Part shown: piece by piece, positions 1 to 14,552 of the stretch
Numbering within the stretch: position 1 is the first letter of the stretch
Layout: each line of letters opens with the position of its first letter
The notes under the pieces: generated by a model
Databases searched by the model: none
Seen by the model: only the letters and a program-made list of their open reading frames with translations
What the model was told of the DNA's origin: nothing
Assembly (NCBI GenBank): GCA_951406725.2
Contig: OX597819.1
Span: 21,328,001 to 21,392,000 of the forward strand
Reading direction: 5' to 3'
From: Octopus vulgaris
Taxonomy: Eukaryota
Length of the DNA stretch: 64,000 bases
Position numbers and translations under genes: made by a program

Positions 1-414
1 GTGAACTCATAGTAAAATGCCTGAGTAACACCTTATAACTTCATCGAAGCCTCAAATATGAGGTGCATATGTGTGCGTATGCGGACACAGACACGCACAC
101 ACACACACATATATATGTATACATGTATTTGCGCATAGCTGCATGTGTGTGTATATATGTATGACTGTTTTGTATGATTGTGTTTGTTCTTAAGTTTCTT
201 TGCGCAAAGGAGACTTATCTTTGCAATTTGATTGCAAGAGATCGATTAACTGAATTTCTCACACATAGATATTCACTGAGATCGATAAAATTGACTGAAA
301 TCCTTTTTAAGAAAATGCTCCAGCATCGACGCAGGTGATTTGACTGTAACCTGAAAAATAACTATATACTTATGTATATACATAAATATGCATATATACA
401 TATAGATGTATACG

Positions 415-471
<57 letters not shown>

Positions 472-558
472 GTGGGTATGTATGTATATGTATATATATG
501 TGTGTATCTTTAAACATATATATGTATATATATATGTGTATATATATATGTGTATATA

Positions 559-589
<31 letters not shown>

Positions 590-614
590 GTATGCATAAA
601 TATATATATATATG

Positions 615-810
615 CTCTTTTACTCTTTTACTTGTTTCAGTCATTTGACTGTATGCTGGAGCACCGACTTTAGTCGAGCAAATCGACCCCGAACTTGTTC
701 TTTGTAAGCCCAGTACTTATTCTATCGGTCCCTTTTGCCGAACCGCTAAGTGACGGGGACGTAAACACACCAGCATCGGTTGTCAAGCAATGCTAGGATG
801 ACAAACACAT
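615..810 (-). mobile_element. SINE family B, 3' tail half (head at 1592-1753, split by an insertion)
   Basis: Matches the tail module cttgtttcagtcatttgactg..atgctggagcaccg..ttctatcggt..gccgaaccgctaag, also seen in the full copies at 31405-31813 and 56095-56512. Confidence 0.8.
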
Positions 811-825
811 ACACACACATACATA

Positions 826-867
<42 letters not shown>

Positions 868-871
<4 letters not shown>

Positions 872-1560
872 TCTCTTCGCCGCGTGTCCCCCTCCTCCTT
901 CCCTCTTCCTTGCCTATAAAACAAAATTCCTTAACACGTGGTTCCCACTTTTGAAAAGACTGCCTCCACGCGCTGCTACTACACTTTCGTCCTTGCCAGC
1001 AAAAGGCCTCTTCGTTCGTCCCCTTGTGTGGTTGATTTCCTGTATAGTATTCTTGTTATTTTCTCGTTTTGTAACTAATTGTACTTTTTGTACATGTTTT
1101 TTTATTTTTGCAGTTTTATCGTTTGTCTATGCCAGAAAAAAGGCTTTTTCGTTCGTCCTCTTGTGTTTGTTTTTGTACATGTATTTTAATTTTGCAGTCT
1201 TATTGTTACGTCTTGTTTGTGTTCGTACTTATTTTGCCCCGCTGCTTAGAATTTTATTTTAATTCTCTCGCAGGAAGGCCTATTGGATTAGTGTTCTGTT
1301 ATGCCTTCGAAACATGCCTGACTCCTCTAGCGACAGCTGATGACGGGGGTTTTGTCCTTGTGTAGCTCGTCCTGTATTTGTTTTTCGTTTTCATGTGTTT
1401 CGTTTTCCGTTTTCTTGTTTTTTGGCTTTTTCCGTTTCTAAGTCTTTTTGTGATGTCCTGTACTCCCGTATAATTATTTATATATGCATGTATATATACA
1501 TGTAGATGTAGGTACGTACATATATGTTTGTATGTATGCATATATTTTTATTATCTCCTG
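868..1560 (+). mobile_element. Unclassified element (possibly Penelope-like 3' region) inserted in the internal microsatellite of a SINE B copy
   Basis: Non-repetitive block between TA runs separating the SINE B tail and head; its end (gatgtcctgtac..atatatgcatgtatatatac..taggta) recurs at about 32470-32550. Confidence 0.45.
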
Positions 1561-1591
1561 TATATATATATATATATATATACATATATAA

Positions 1592-1753
1592 ACAGGCTTC
1601 TTTCAGTTTCCGTCTACCAAATCCATTCACAAGGCATTGGTCGGCCCGGGTTTATAGCAGAAGAGACTTGCTCAAGGTGTCACGCAGTGGGACTGAACCC
1701 GGAACCTTGTGGTTGGTAAACAAGCTACTTACCACACAGCAACTCCTGCGCCT
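1592..1753 (-). mobile_element. SINE family B, tRNA-like head
   Basis: Reverse strand reads ggcgcaggagttgctgtgtggtaagtagcttg..ggttccgggttcagtcccactgcgtg (A-box/B-box-like); repeated at 7160, 31650, 41520, 44851, 56358, 60515. Confidence 0.85.
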
Positions 1754-1780
1754 ATATATATATGTATATATACATATATG

Positions 1781-2080
1781 TGGAGGCGCAATGGCCCAGT
1801 GGTTAGGGCAGCGGACTCGCGGTCATAGGATCGCGGCTTCGATTCCCAGACCGGGCGTTGTGAGTATTTATTGAGCGAAAAACACCTATAATCTCCATGA
1901 GGCTCCGGCAGGGGGTGGTGATCCCTGCTGTACTCTTTCACCACTCTTTCTCTCTTTCTTCTGTTTGCCGGTTCGCTTAGCCAGGGGTGGCGTCATTTGA
2001 AGGCTAAAACAGTGCGAATGCATTGTGACCAGCGATGTGTAAAACATCTGATGGTCTGGTTGGTCACGTGATCACGTGAT
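1781..2080 (+). mobile_element. tRNA-derived SINE family C, full length
   Basis: A-box tggcccagtggttagg, B-box-like ggcttcgattccc, tail ggtcacgtgatcacgtgat; homologues on the minus strand at 33630-33785 and 33921-34236. Confidence 0.85.
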
Positions 2081-2173
2081 ATACATATATATATATATAC
2101 ACACACGCACACACACACACACATATATATATATATGTATATATATATGCATATGTTTGTGTCCCTATACATA

Positions 2174-2223
<50 letters not shown>

Positions 2224-4133
2224 TAGATCGATGATAGAATGATAGCGTATAAATTTTGTTCCACTTCCTAGAACAAGAGTTAAAATGCACTTAGGTGGAA
2301 TCGATTTATTTATTTATTTATTTATTCATTTTCAAAGCTGTAATCCCAAGAGAAATCCTTAACTTTCTAAACAAAGCAGTAATATTCTCAACAGGTAAAT
2401 ATGCTCTATATTGTATTAGATGGCGCGCGTATCTTTTCAATTAACCGAATAAACTGCAGAGAAGATAAAGAATAATGAGATATAATACACCACAACTAAA
2501 TACAAATTCATATATATACTCATATACATATTTCTGCAATGGGATAAGTGTGTATATATATATATATATATATTGGTGTTATGTGTTTGTTTGTTTGTGT
2601 GGATCAAGAATTGAGCAGGTGTTAGTGACAAACCCAACACTGAAAAGTCTCTATAGAGATAAAGCTAATAATTCAGGATACGCCCATTTCCAAATAAGTT
2701 AATTATTATAAATAAGGGTATCCATGGATTTTGTTATAAATACGTTACATTCTATTGCCATCCGAATGGTGAATACGTTGAATGCTCTGCTAGGAATAAG
2801 CAACCTTATCTTCCTCAAACCATACCCAACCATCTTACAGTAAGACATTCACATCCTATAATGCCGATATTGATGCTCCTCGGAGGTCGCTTAGTCACCA
2901 TTGTAGTAACTCTTTTATCTTCTCGATTAAGCTTGACTTGAAACTAAACAACAGCAATGGCAATGAATTTCATGTCTTACCATAGGCATGGGTAAGAATT
3001 ATCGAGAAGCGGGCCTCGTGAGGCATGGCTCATCATCAGGTGAACTGCATTATTAAAACATTCAACGTAATATATCGCAGACCTACATTCAGAAACTCTC
3101 ACGTGCCACAGTTTGGTTATAACTGAGTTAGAACTAAGAATTGAGTTGTCAGGTAAATTGGTTCGTTTTCTTTTTCTTTTCTACTTGGTATTCTGCAGTC
3201 ATACATTTAAAGGGTGGTAAAATTTATCTAAATTTCAAAACCGATGCGCAAAAGTTGTAAAGGCCGAAAAGAGCCATAAAAAAAAACAAAAAAACATGAC
3301 ATTACGATAAAAAATTTTTGTGTTAATTCTTTAACATTGGAAAGGATTAGCATTACTGAACGCACGGATTCATCTGACTCCGCAATAGTTTGCCACGATT
3401 TTATGTTCCAATTTTGTATCTTCCTAAATCTGGCACCGGTTTTCAGTTCTCCTGGGTTGATAATCAAGATTACAGCAGATTCCATCAAGTGATGTGAGTG
3501 AAATATCAGGAAACGAAACGAAGCAAAACCTCGTGCTGATGTTGAAATAAAGTCTAAGGTCACATGACCACGCAAAATTAATATGTCGGTGTCTTCCCCT
3601 TGTAATTCAATCGCGTGGATCTAATGAACAAATTTCTCTCAAATGTAATTTTATCATCCGCTTAAAATAAATGAGGCGCATATACGATAGAAGAAAACCA
3701 AAATAACTAGATAAATTTGGTTTCGAAAATAAAGCAGGATGGCCATGGTTAGAACACCATTTCACTGAGGTGAACTAGTACAGAGTGATCTGGTGTTAAG
3801 CTAAAAAAAAAATATTTTTAAACGATTTAAACGCGAGAACATATTTTATCGCAGGTGGTAAACTGCAGCTCCTCAAATCTTATTGAATATAGAAAATTCT
3901 TGAAAGATTAACATTAAATTATCTGTTCAATAGAGATGTATATCCAGAAGAAAAAAAAAATACATGTTTGTAGCGTTTCAAGCTGATGTGGATGCAGTGA
4001 AGATGCTGGCATTGTTTTCGTTTATCGTTTGTTAGTTTTGTTGTTGTTGCTGTTGTGATTTTGTCAGTTTCGAAATGATAAAACTATATTAGATTTTACT
4101 ATCATCCGTTTATACATACAATTGTACATACAT

Positions 4134-4165
<32 letters not shown>

Positions 4166-4234
4166 TTATATATGTATGTATATATACTAGCATACGTATA
4201 TCTATGCATATTTTTATTTATTTTTTATTTTATT

Positions 4235-4285
4235 TTATCTAGTTTCAGCTTACGAGCTGTGGCCATGCTGGGGCACCGCCATTTA
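4235..4285 (-). mobile_element. About 50-bp retroelement 3'-end fragment (ggcggtgccccagcatggccacagct..gctgaaactagataaaa)
   Basis: Near-identical short copies at 5772-5822, 49920-49958 and 61682-61722 (+), each abutting TA-rich repeats. Confidence 0.65.
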
Positions 4286-4354
4286 TAAGTATATATTATA
4301 TATATGTGTGTGTGTCTGTGCATATATATACATATATATATTATATACATATAC

Positions 4355-4387
<33 letters not shown>

Positions 4388-4592
4388 CATACATATATAT
4401 ATATACATACATATATATATATATGTACATACATATACATTTATATATATATATATATATATACATATACAGACATACATATGTATATGTATACATATAT
4501 ATACATACATATAGATATATATACATATATATATACATACTTATATATATACATATATATACAAACATATACATATACATAGGTATACACAC

Positions 4593-4623
<31 letters not shown>

Positions 4624-4634
4624 CATGCATATAC

Positions 4635-4669
<35 letters not shown>

Positions 4670-5460
4670 TATACATATACACACACACACACACACACAC
4701 ATACACACATATATATATACTCGCATGTATGCATCCCTCCACCTTTCGTATAATTACAAAGTGCTTAGTGTATGGATAGATCAAAGGATATAACTTAATC
4801 ATTAGAAAAACTTGCTGATCTCCCAGACTTTTTTTCCCGAACTAACAGAATTATAATTATAATCAATGCGCAGCGAATTTGTATAATTATAAAATGAAAA
4901 CTTTCTTTAAACGAAGATGAATTAACTGTTGAGATATTTTGCTTTGGCTGCTGCTGCTGCTGCTGATGTTGATGGGTTTACGAGACGTACTTATCCGCCA
5001 ATGATTCGATATTCATTAGTATTATTATCTTCGACATCAAATACATCCGGGAATGAATGCAAGCTTTTTTTTTTCTCTTTCTCTCATGCTGATGATGCTC
5101 GTTTCATTGGTTTTCATATTTTCCTGTTGTTATTACACTTAATCGCAATCATTAACCTTGACGATGAAAATATTAGTTTTTGTTTAAAAAACAAAGAGAG
5201 GATGAGCAAAATTGTATTAAGATCCTACAATACTGTGTTAATGCATGTGAGGTAAACATAAAAGGAACTCATTGCAGCAGTTTTGTTATGCACGTTCATA
5301 CCATTCAGCACATGTTTCTATCTGAACATAAGAAACCTGTAAAACCACACACACACGCACGCGCACATACAACACATACACACACACACACACACACGAC
5401 TTGTGCATACAGTTATTAGTTGATAAACAAGTTGAATGAGTACTCAATTGGAAAGCGAAG

Positions 5461-5613
<153 letters not shown>

Positions 5614-5617
5614 TATG

Positions 5618-5673
<56 letters not shown>

Positions 5674-5853
5674 TATATTTGTGTGTGTGTGTGTGTATGT
5701 GTGATTGTGTGTGTGTGTGTGTGTGCTTCAGTGTGTATGTATCTAATTATATTTTTCTTTTTTTTTTCTTTCATCTAGTTTCAGTTCAGGAGCTGTGGCC
5801 ATGCTGGGGCACCGCCATTAAATAGGTTTGTCAGAAGTAGGATATATATATAA

Positions 5854-5904
<51 letters not shown>

Positions 5905-5939
5905 ATGTCCATATATATAAATCTATATTTCCCTACATG

Positions 5940-5979
<40 letters not shown>

Positions 5980-7159
5980 CATACATTATAAATATGCATA
6001 TAAGCATATGTATAAGTATGTATTTTTACGCATTTGTGAGTTTTCGTATTTACTTGTGTGTGTGTGTGTGTGTGTGCCTTTGTGTGTGTGTATAAACAGG
6101 TATTAAACATGTGTTTAGTTGTAGGTGCACTTATGAAACTTAAAACTGCAAGCTCTTTGATAAAACTGGATAAAAAGAACTCAACTCGTTTGAATGGTTG
6201 AATAAATGACGTTTCATTCAGGTTTCTTATTGGAAAAAAAAACAACAAAAGAACGAAAAAGAAAAACTATAAGACATCAGCAAATAGGTTAAAGAAAGAA
6301 GGAAAATAATAAAAAGGTAATGAGTAGAAGATAACTGAAGATTGGCGGGAGAGTTGTGTGTGTGTATATATATATATATATAGAGAGAGAGAGATAGATA
6401 GATACATAGATAGATATATATATAGAGAGAGAGAGAGGAAGAGAGAGAAAGAAAAGAGTGAAAGAGAAAGTGGAATAGAATGAACTGTGTCTATAGATAT
6501 ACGTAAATTACATGTGTGTTTGTGTGTTTGTGTGTGTGTGTGTGTGTTTGTGTGTACGCAGATAGAAATTTGGACTGATAGAGAGACAAGGAGAGGGTTA
6601 TTGAAAGTGAGTTATGTGAAGATAAAGAAGGAAAGGAAAAGATAAAAGGAACTTGAAATAAATAATAATAATAATAATAACAGTAATTGAGTTAAAATTA
6701 AGAGAAAGAAAAAAGGAAAGGAATAGACGGCGAGGAAGGAAAATAATGAAAGAGAATGATCGGGAGGAAAGAGGAAAGAAAGAAAAGATGGCAGAAAGTG
6801 TGAAATAGATAGAGAAAGGAAGAGGAGAGGGAGGGGGAAGATATGAAGGATGAGGGTAATAAAGAAAGAGTGGAAGGACAGAACGAAAAAGCAAGAAAGA
6901 AAGAAAGAATGAGAGAAAGAAAGAAGGAAGGAAAGAAAGAAGGAAACCACGTAAGAAACAAAGAAGGAAAGAAAGAGAGGGAAATTTTCGTAAATTCTCT
7001 GTGAAAAACTGCCACGTTGACTATAAATGCCGGAGAAACTACTCTTGGCAGAATATCACTTATATAACTGCACCTGTAGGTGTGCGGAGCTGCGGAGTTG
7101 CGGTCGCAGGTTCAAATGATACCAAGTGATACCGTTTTCTATTTGCTCTTCGATGTAAC

Positions 7160-7320
7160 AGTGTAGTGAAGAAGCTTGCTTTGCTACCACGGGGTTTCGG
7201 GTTCAATCACAACGCGTGGTATTTGGAGTAAGTGTCTCCTAATGTAGCCGCTGACCGACTTAGAGTCCCTTGAGTGAACTCGATTGATGGAAACTGAAGC
7301 CCTTCGTATGTGTGTGTGTG
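7160..7320 (+). mobile_element. SINE family B head, diverged
   Basis: gtgtagtgaagaagcttgct..gggttcaatcac..gatggaaactgaagcc matches the family B head. Confidence 0.65.
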
Positions 7321-7502
7321 TGCCCCGAAGAAATGAACGCAGGAATATGATCCACCTGATGTCCTTGGATACTAAGGACGGAAGTGCAATCATCGCAGGA
7401 ATGCGAAATATGATCCGAAGAAAAGTAATTTATGGAAATGTGCAGAGCGATGTATTAAAATGTTTACATATTCCATCCATAGATTAAAGATTGCACCTAA
7501 AA

Positions 7503-7785
7503 TGGTCCCCTCCTTGACACAAGTCTGGGCAAGGTTGTTTATGGAAGACCAGCAGTCGTCCATGCATACCAGCCTCCCCTCACCACGCCACTGATGTTAT
7601 CCAAGGGAAAGGCAAAGGCCGATACGGTTTGACACTAGTGACGTCGCAAGTCACTTCTACAGTTCAGTGAACTAGAACAACGCGAAATAAAGCCTCTCGC
7701 TCTGAAACACAACACACCACCCGGTCCAGGAATCGAACTCACAACTTCATGGTTGTGAAATGAACGCTCTAACTATTGAACCAGT
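7503..7785 (-). mobile_element. tRNA-derived SINE family D
   Basis: Reverse strand begins tggttcaatagttagagcg..gagttcgattcctggaccggg (A/B boxes), followed by a distinct body. Confidence 0.65.
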
Positions 7786-7924
7786 AATAATCATGGGTTA
7801 TTATTAATATTATTATTATTATACGTACACACAAGCATACATACGTACATACATACATATACATACATGCATACATACATACATACATACATACACATAT
7901 ACATATATAGCTGTATGTGTGAGA

Positions 7925-8123
7925 GTGTGTTTGTGCTATGTGTGTAAACCAACCATATATTGACAGCCGGTGCTGCTTTGCTTACATCCGCATCACTTAG
8001 CGATTCGGTAAAGAGGAGACCTATAGGGAAAGCATCATATTTAAGGAGTAATTGCTGGAGGAAAATCTTCAAAGTGGTGCCCAAGCATGGCCGTTGGCGA
8101 ATGACTGAAACAAGTAAAAAGTG
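7925..8123 (+). mobile_element. SINE family B tail, diverged
   Basis: Ends gtggtgcccaagcatggccg..atgactgaaacaagtaaaaag like the other family B tails. Confidence 0.6.
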
Positions 8124-8299
8124 AAAACTAAAAGCAGCCAACACCACGATTTGCATTATCTCTACATTGCTACTGCATGTATATATATATATATATCTTC
8201 ATGAAGCATTCTGGAACTTTTGGAGATCTCTCAATCTTATTCGACCCTCATAATTTGGATTTATCCCCAACTCCAGTTCTTGAAGTCAACTCATCGAAT

Positions 8300-9430
8300 T
8301 TCTTGAAGACATCACTCGAGTTGCTGATAGCGGTTCTTAGGTGGATGATATCTACCTTGGCTTTGCTGAAACCTTTAGTTCTGTGCCACACAAACGACTT
8401 ATAGCAAAACTTTCTGCAATAGGTGTGAAAGATGATCTCTATAACTGGCTGAAGTCCTTCATTCTCAGTCGGAAAGAGATAGTTACGGTTCTAGGACATC
8501 ATTATTCTTCACCCAACAAGATGACACCTGGTGTACCACAAGGATCTGTCCTTCGTTCCCTACGGTTTGATGCATATATTAATGATATAGATGCCAACTT
8601 GAGGAATGATACAGTGTTGAAATATGTAGATGACATCATGCTGTACCTTGAGATAAAAGGAACAGATCCTACGCATTATAGATCTTTCCTGCCACCAAAC
8701 ATGAACACAGTGCAACAATAGATTTCTGACTGGCTACTCAAGCTAGCTGTGGACAAATGCGGCACCATGCACTTTGAGAAGAAAATCCAGCCTTTACATT
8801 CGCCTTCAACAACGCCAATCTCAAGAAGTCTGCTAGTGAAAATGATCTGGATATTATTGTAAACAGTGATCCGCGTTGGACAAATCGCACCTCTAAGATT
8901 GTCAAAAAGACTGAGGGCGTCTTCGCATCACTCAATAAAATCCTTGTCAGTTGCTCTCCAACTGTCTATTTAAAACTGTAAATGACAATGATACGTCCAC
9001 ACTTAGAATTTGGATAATCAGTGTGGAATCCCTATCCTGCTTAGCAAAACAATCTCCTGGAAACTATTCAGGAACGTGCAACAGAAATGAATACCCGCCG
9101 TCATGCATCTACCAAACTGTGAACGTCTTGCTTCACTGGGTATGGATACATTGAAGCTGAGACGTCGGGTAACTGACTTGGAATATATACATAAGTGGAT
9201 CCACCATCTTTCCAACAACAACCTTGTGAACCTTTTCCACAAGTCAAACACTCGTCGATATGTTTATAAAATAAAATAAAATAAAAAATACAGCACCCAT
9301 GACTTTCGGAAACATTTCGACACCCTCAGAATTGTTGAAGCATGGAATAAACTACCCGCATCAGTTGTTAGCTGTTGAGACACTACATCATTCAAAACTT
9401 CCGTGCTTCCTGAAATCTGCCAACTGTACA
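8300..9430 (+). pseudogene. Decayed CR1/L2-type LINE reverse transcriptase fragment
   Basis: ORF 8341-8721 has DIYLGFAETFSSVPHKRL, GVPQGSVL and YVDD (RT motifs); downstream frames give IRPHLEF..WNP with stops and frameshifts. Confidence 0.85.
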
Positions 9431-10269
9431 CCTGACGGCTTTTTTTTTTTCTTAGCTGTAATACCCCTAAGCACTGTACTCAACGATTTCTCTCTTGCTA
9501 TCTCTTTCGAAAGATGTTAAGGATAAACAGAGCTACAAATAACCATAAAACACTAAAATATATTTTCCGGGTTAATTCAAATAAAATAGGTAAAGACAAT
9601 CAGCATCATCTGACAGCACAATGGAATCAATCAATCAATGGCCATCATGTCTACATTAGGTACCATTGGGATATATATATATATATATGCACACACACAT
9701 ATACCCGCACACACAGTGTCAGACAGACAGAGAGGGGGGTAGTTTTAAAAATAGTAAACAGAGATATGAGGCATATTTAGGTGTCATTTCTAGCGGATCA
9801 ATAACTACGTTAAGTCGTATGTACATTGGTTGGCATTTCGCAGCGGGAAGTGGTGACATTCATCTGACCTTCAATTGAATACAAAGCGGACGTTGCTTCC
9901 ATTGACATTAATCACAAAAATAGATTCGCAGCCATACCACCACCTCTCCCAACACGACCATCACCAGCAACAACAACAACAACAGGAGGTATGACAAGGA
10001 TACCAACAAAACAACCACCCACAGCCTGAATAAATATTTACCTCAACCCACATATAAATCAACAGAATCACAAATAAAACTAATGTAACCGCTCTGAGCT
10101 GATCGCATTATATACACCTAAAGACATCAAATACTGTTTGAACATGTACAGCTCCATTTTGGTGTGTGTATAAATGCGCGTGTGTGTGTCTGTGTCTGTG
10201 TCAGTGTACATGAGTGTTTATGTAAATATATTTATATACGCATACATGTATGAACATACATGGACTCCT

Positions 10270-10433
10270 ACACGTATATATATATATATGTATAATATAT
10301 ATGTATACATATATATACATATATAGGTGTATGTGTGTATGTATATATATATACATATGTACATACGTATATATATATGTATATATATACATACATATAT
10401 ATGTATATATATACATGCATATATATACATGCG

Positions 10434-10475
<42 letters not shown>

Positions 10476-10536
10476 CATACATATATATATATATACATAC
10501 ATACATATATATATATACATACATACATATATATAT

Positions 10537-10569
<33 letters not shown>

Positions 10570-10744
10570 TACATATATACATACATACATACATACATAT
10601 ATATATACATACATACATACATACATATATATATATACATACATACATATATATATACATACATACATATATATATATACATACATACATATATATATAT
10701 ACATACATACATATATATATATACATACATACATATATATATAT

Positions 10745-10777
<33 letters not shown>

Positions 10778-10780
10778 TAT

Positions 10781-10813
<33 letters not shown>

Positions 10814-10948
10814 TATACATACATACATATATATATATACATACATATATATATATACATACATATATATATATACATACATATATATATATATATATAC
10901 ATACATATATATATATACATACATATATATATAAATATATATACATAC

Positions 10949-10983
<35 letters not shown>

Positions 10984-11006
10984 CATACATACATGTATAT
11001 ATATAC

Positions 11007-11040
<34 letters not shown>

Positions 11041-11093
11041 ATATACATACATATATATATACACATACATATATATATATATACACACATATA

Positions 11094-11125
<32 letters not shown>

Positions 11126-11276
11126 CATATATACATACATACAAACATATATATATATACATATATACATACATACAAACATATATATATATACATATAT
11201 ACATACATACAAACATATATATATATATATATATATACATACATACATATATATATATACATACATACATACACAC

Positions 11277-11330
<54 letters not shown>
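10270..11330. repeat. About 1.1 kb compound (TA)n/(TACA)n microsatellite
   Basis: Directly visible; source of the spurious YI/HT-rich ORFs. Confidence 0.95.
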
Positions 11331-11332
<2 letters not shown>

Positions 11333-11635
11333 CTATTTACGTCTATGTTGAATAGATGTAGACACATACACGCTTACTCCAAAATTACTCTGCCATAAAT
11401 CTGCCTATTTTTATTCTCATACAAAGCTGATGTATCGGTTTGAAGTTAATGTTTCATCAAAAATAGCACAGCAACTATATACTGCAGCTTTTTTTTTCTT
11501 TCCCTTTTCCTTCTGCTTTCTTCGTTTTGTTTTTTGGGTTTTTTTTTTTCACGTTTAATTAAAAACATTTCCAGTATAATGTACCTAAACTGAGAACCTG
11601 AGAGAGTATATAAGAAACACATCAGCAACGATGGT

Positions 11636-11636
11636 C

Positions 11637-11715
<79 letters not shown>

Positions 11716-11745
11716 CATCAGTAGTAGTAGTAGTAGTAGTAGTAG
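11636..11745. repeat. (TAG)n trinucleotide microsatellite
   Basis: Directly visible. Confidence 0.95.
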
Positions 11746-12495
11746 CCATTGCACACCCATTATGTCGACTACATTTTATACTCGATAGAAACTAAAAACA
11801 AAAACCATATCAAACTATTGCACCAACCCAAGATACACGGAGTCGTGCTCGGTTGTGCAGTGAGTGAGCGCTATAAGAAAAAAAAATGACTAAATAATAA
11901 TAATAATAATATATTGTAATAAAATGGTCAATATTGAACAGAAGTATGGTCAGGTGAATAAAACGTGTAATGCGATAGAGAATACTACATGCATATATGC
12001 GTATATCTGGGTTTTTTATTTTTTGCGCTTCTCTATTTAGGAGTCTGGGCTTTATACGTATTTGTATGACGTTGAAAGTACGGACAGTGATGGACAAATG
12101 AAGCTATTTTCAACTAACTATAAAAGTTATAAAATGCTAGTTACCATCATTGTTGATTCGTCTGTTTATTGTAATTTTTTCTTGCTCTATTCGACTGTTT
12201 TGCTTTTGTTTTTAACGGTTTCTATCTCGTTTTTGTTGCTATCTTATTTTATTGTTTATTTAATGAATGGTTATTTTTGTTATTTTAGTATTTCCACCGG
12301 ACATGATAGCAATACAAGCGTAATATGCCGTTTTACACATATATGCATATACGTGTATATATATATGTGTGTGTGCGTATGTGTGTGTGTGTGTGTGTGT
12401 GTTATATATATATATGTTTGTGTATATAAATGAATTATACGTGTGTGTATACACACACGTATAATTCATTTATATATACAAACATATATATATAA

Positions 12496-12567
<72 letters not shown>

Positions 12568-13343
12568 CAGATGCATTGCAGTATTGCATCATATGTATAT
12601 GTCTGTGTAGTTTTTATAGTAGTTAACTTCAAATATTAACTAATCGAAACTATTTAATCAAACAAGCTACTCTCGGTAGTTTTGGCAACAAAGTACCAAA
12701 TGCGTAACCAAGTTGAAAAGAATGAAATACTTTGTTCGTCAGAACGAAATATGAAAAGAATTGAAAACAAAGCTGGTGGTTTACCCCCATATTGAAGACT
12801 GCTTTGATTCCGTAGCATGTGTTAAAAATAAAATCAAAAAAATTACAACGGAAATAGTTTTATGTATTGCTAAGTAACTAATGGGTGTTTTACTCTTTTC
12901 TCAGACGGTGAAAATACAGAACAAAAGTTGATGACCACACGTAACACAGTAGCGAAAAATTAACAAAATAAAACTATATCAGCACACCATAATAGCAAAT
13001 ATTGTTCGTCGTTTTTCGAAGCAACAAACTAACCTCTTTCTCGTTTTCCAACCTGCTACAATTAATAGCCAAATGTCCTGTAATAATTATAGTTCGGATT
13101 GCGTATAACCTGAAAGAAAAAAGAAAATGGTTATGTCTCCTTTAAATCACACATTACAATTTTTTGCCAATTTTTTTTTTTCTTTTTTGAGGAAGATATA
13201 ATGAATGTAATCTTAGCATTGGTGCACTCACAAATTGGTCAGGATGATCGTAAGATGAGCTTCAGCAATAAGAAAAAGAAAACGATAACTAAACGGCAAC
13301 GCGACTAAATTCTTTGTTGAATGGTTCTGCAATGTTGTAAACC

Positions 13344-13752
13344 TATTTCTTTACTACCTACAAGGGGCTAAACACAGAGGGTACAAACAAGGACAGACAA
13401 ACGGATTAAGTCGATTATATCGACCCCAGCGCGTAACTGGTACTTATTTAATCGACCCCGAAAGGATGAAAGGCAAAGTCGACCTCGGCGGAATTTGAAC
13501 TCAGAACGTAGCGGCAGACGAAATACCTGTTTCTTTACTACCCACAAGGGGCTAAACACAGACAGGACAAACAGGCACAGACAAACGGATTAAGTCGATT
13601 ATATCGACCTCAGTGCGTAACTGGTACTTATTTAACCGACCCCGAAAGGATGAAAAGCAAAGTCGACCTCGGCAGAATTTGAACCCAGAACGTAACGGCA
13701 AGCGAAATACCGCTAAGCATTTCGCCTAACGTGCTAACGTTTCCGCCAGCTT
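13344..13752 (-). mobile_element. SINE family A head-to-tail dimer with 13-bp target-site duplication
   Basis: Two tandem copies of ..gttctgagttcaaattccgccgaggtcgactttgcctttcatcc..; aatgttgtaaacc at 13331-13343 and 13755-13767. Confidence 0.9.
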
Positions 13753-14205
13753 GGAATGTTGTAAACCGAAAAAGCAAACAAGACACTACTGAAAAGTGAA
13801 CTCGATCCTTCTTGGTCGCGGCTGAACATATTTCACAGGTTTTTATTCTTCTATAATAGAGGGAAATATAATCACTTTCATTGTTAGTGTTGTCTCTCCT
13901 GCCTTGGCCACTAGTCCAATCATCACAAAGGTTTCGCTCGTATTACTGCCGATTTTCCTTCTTACTTCAGACATGGCATAACTAAGTCATTATTGCCCTT
14001 TAGCATCCACATTATTCTGCACGATGTAGAACTAGAATTAACTTTGTTCCATTGTGGTGTACGATCCTAGTAACACTGAATATGTAATATATATAGTATA
14101 GATGTGGCTATATACTGACTATTTAATCCTACTCTGTCTGGTCAGTGTGCATATAGTCTACATTTGATGAAACAGGAGGCATTGTCTCACTTTGAGATAC
14201 TGTAA

Positions 14206-14245
<40 letters not shown>

Positions 14246-14296
14246 TATATATATATATATATATATATGTGTATATATATATATATATATATGTTT

Positions 14297-14327
<31 letters not shown>

Positions 14328-14354
14328 CATGTGTTCTTATGTGTGTATATGCTT

Positions 14355-14552
14355 GTGTGTCTGTGCTTTACCCCAACATCGTTTGACAACCGATGCGGGT
14401 TTGTTTACGTCCCCATAAGTTAGCAGTTCTGCAAAAGAGACCGATGGATGAAGTACTTGGCTTACAAAGAATAAATCCTGTGGTCGATTTGTTAGAGTAA
14501 AACAAAAAAGATGATCCAGCATGACGGCAGTCAAATGCCCGAAACAAATAAA
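14355..14552 (+). mobile_element. SINE family B tail
   Basis: gacaaccgatg..tttacgtcccc..gcaaaagagaccgat..ccagcatgacggcagtcaaatg. Confidence 0.7.

Noticed and set aside
1781-1856. tRNA gene
   Set aside because: tRNA-like head continues into a SINE body present in several copies; no proper acceptor stem
10201-11398. Long ORFs of 340-388 aa, and the many similar YI/HT/VC-rich ORFs across the window
   Set aside because: Translations of TA/TACA/CA microsatellites, which lack stop codons in several frames
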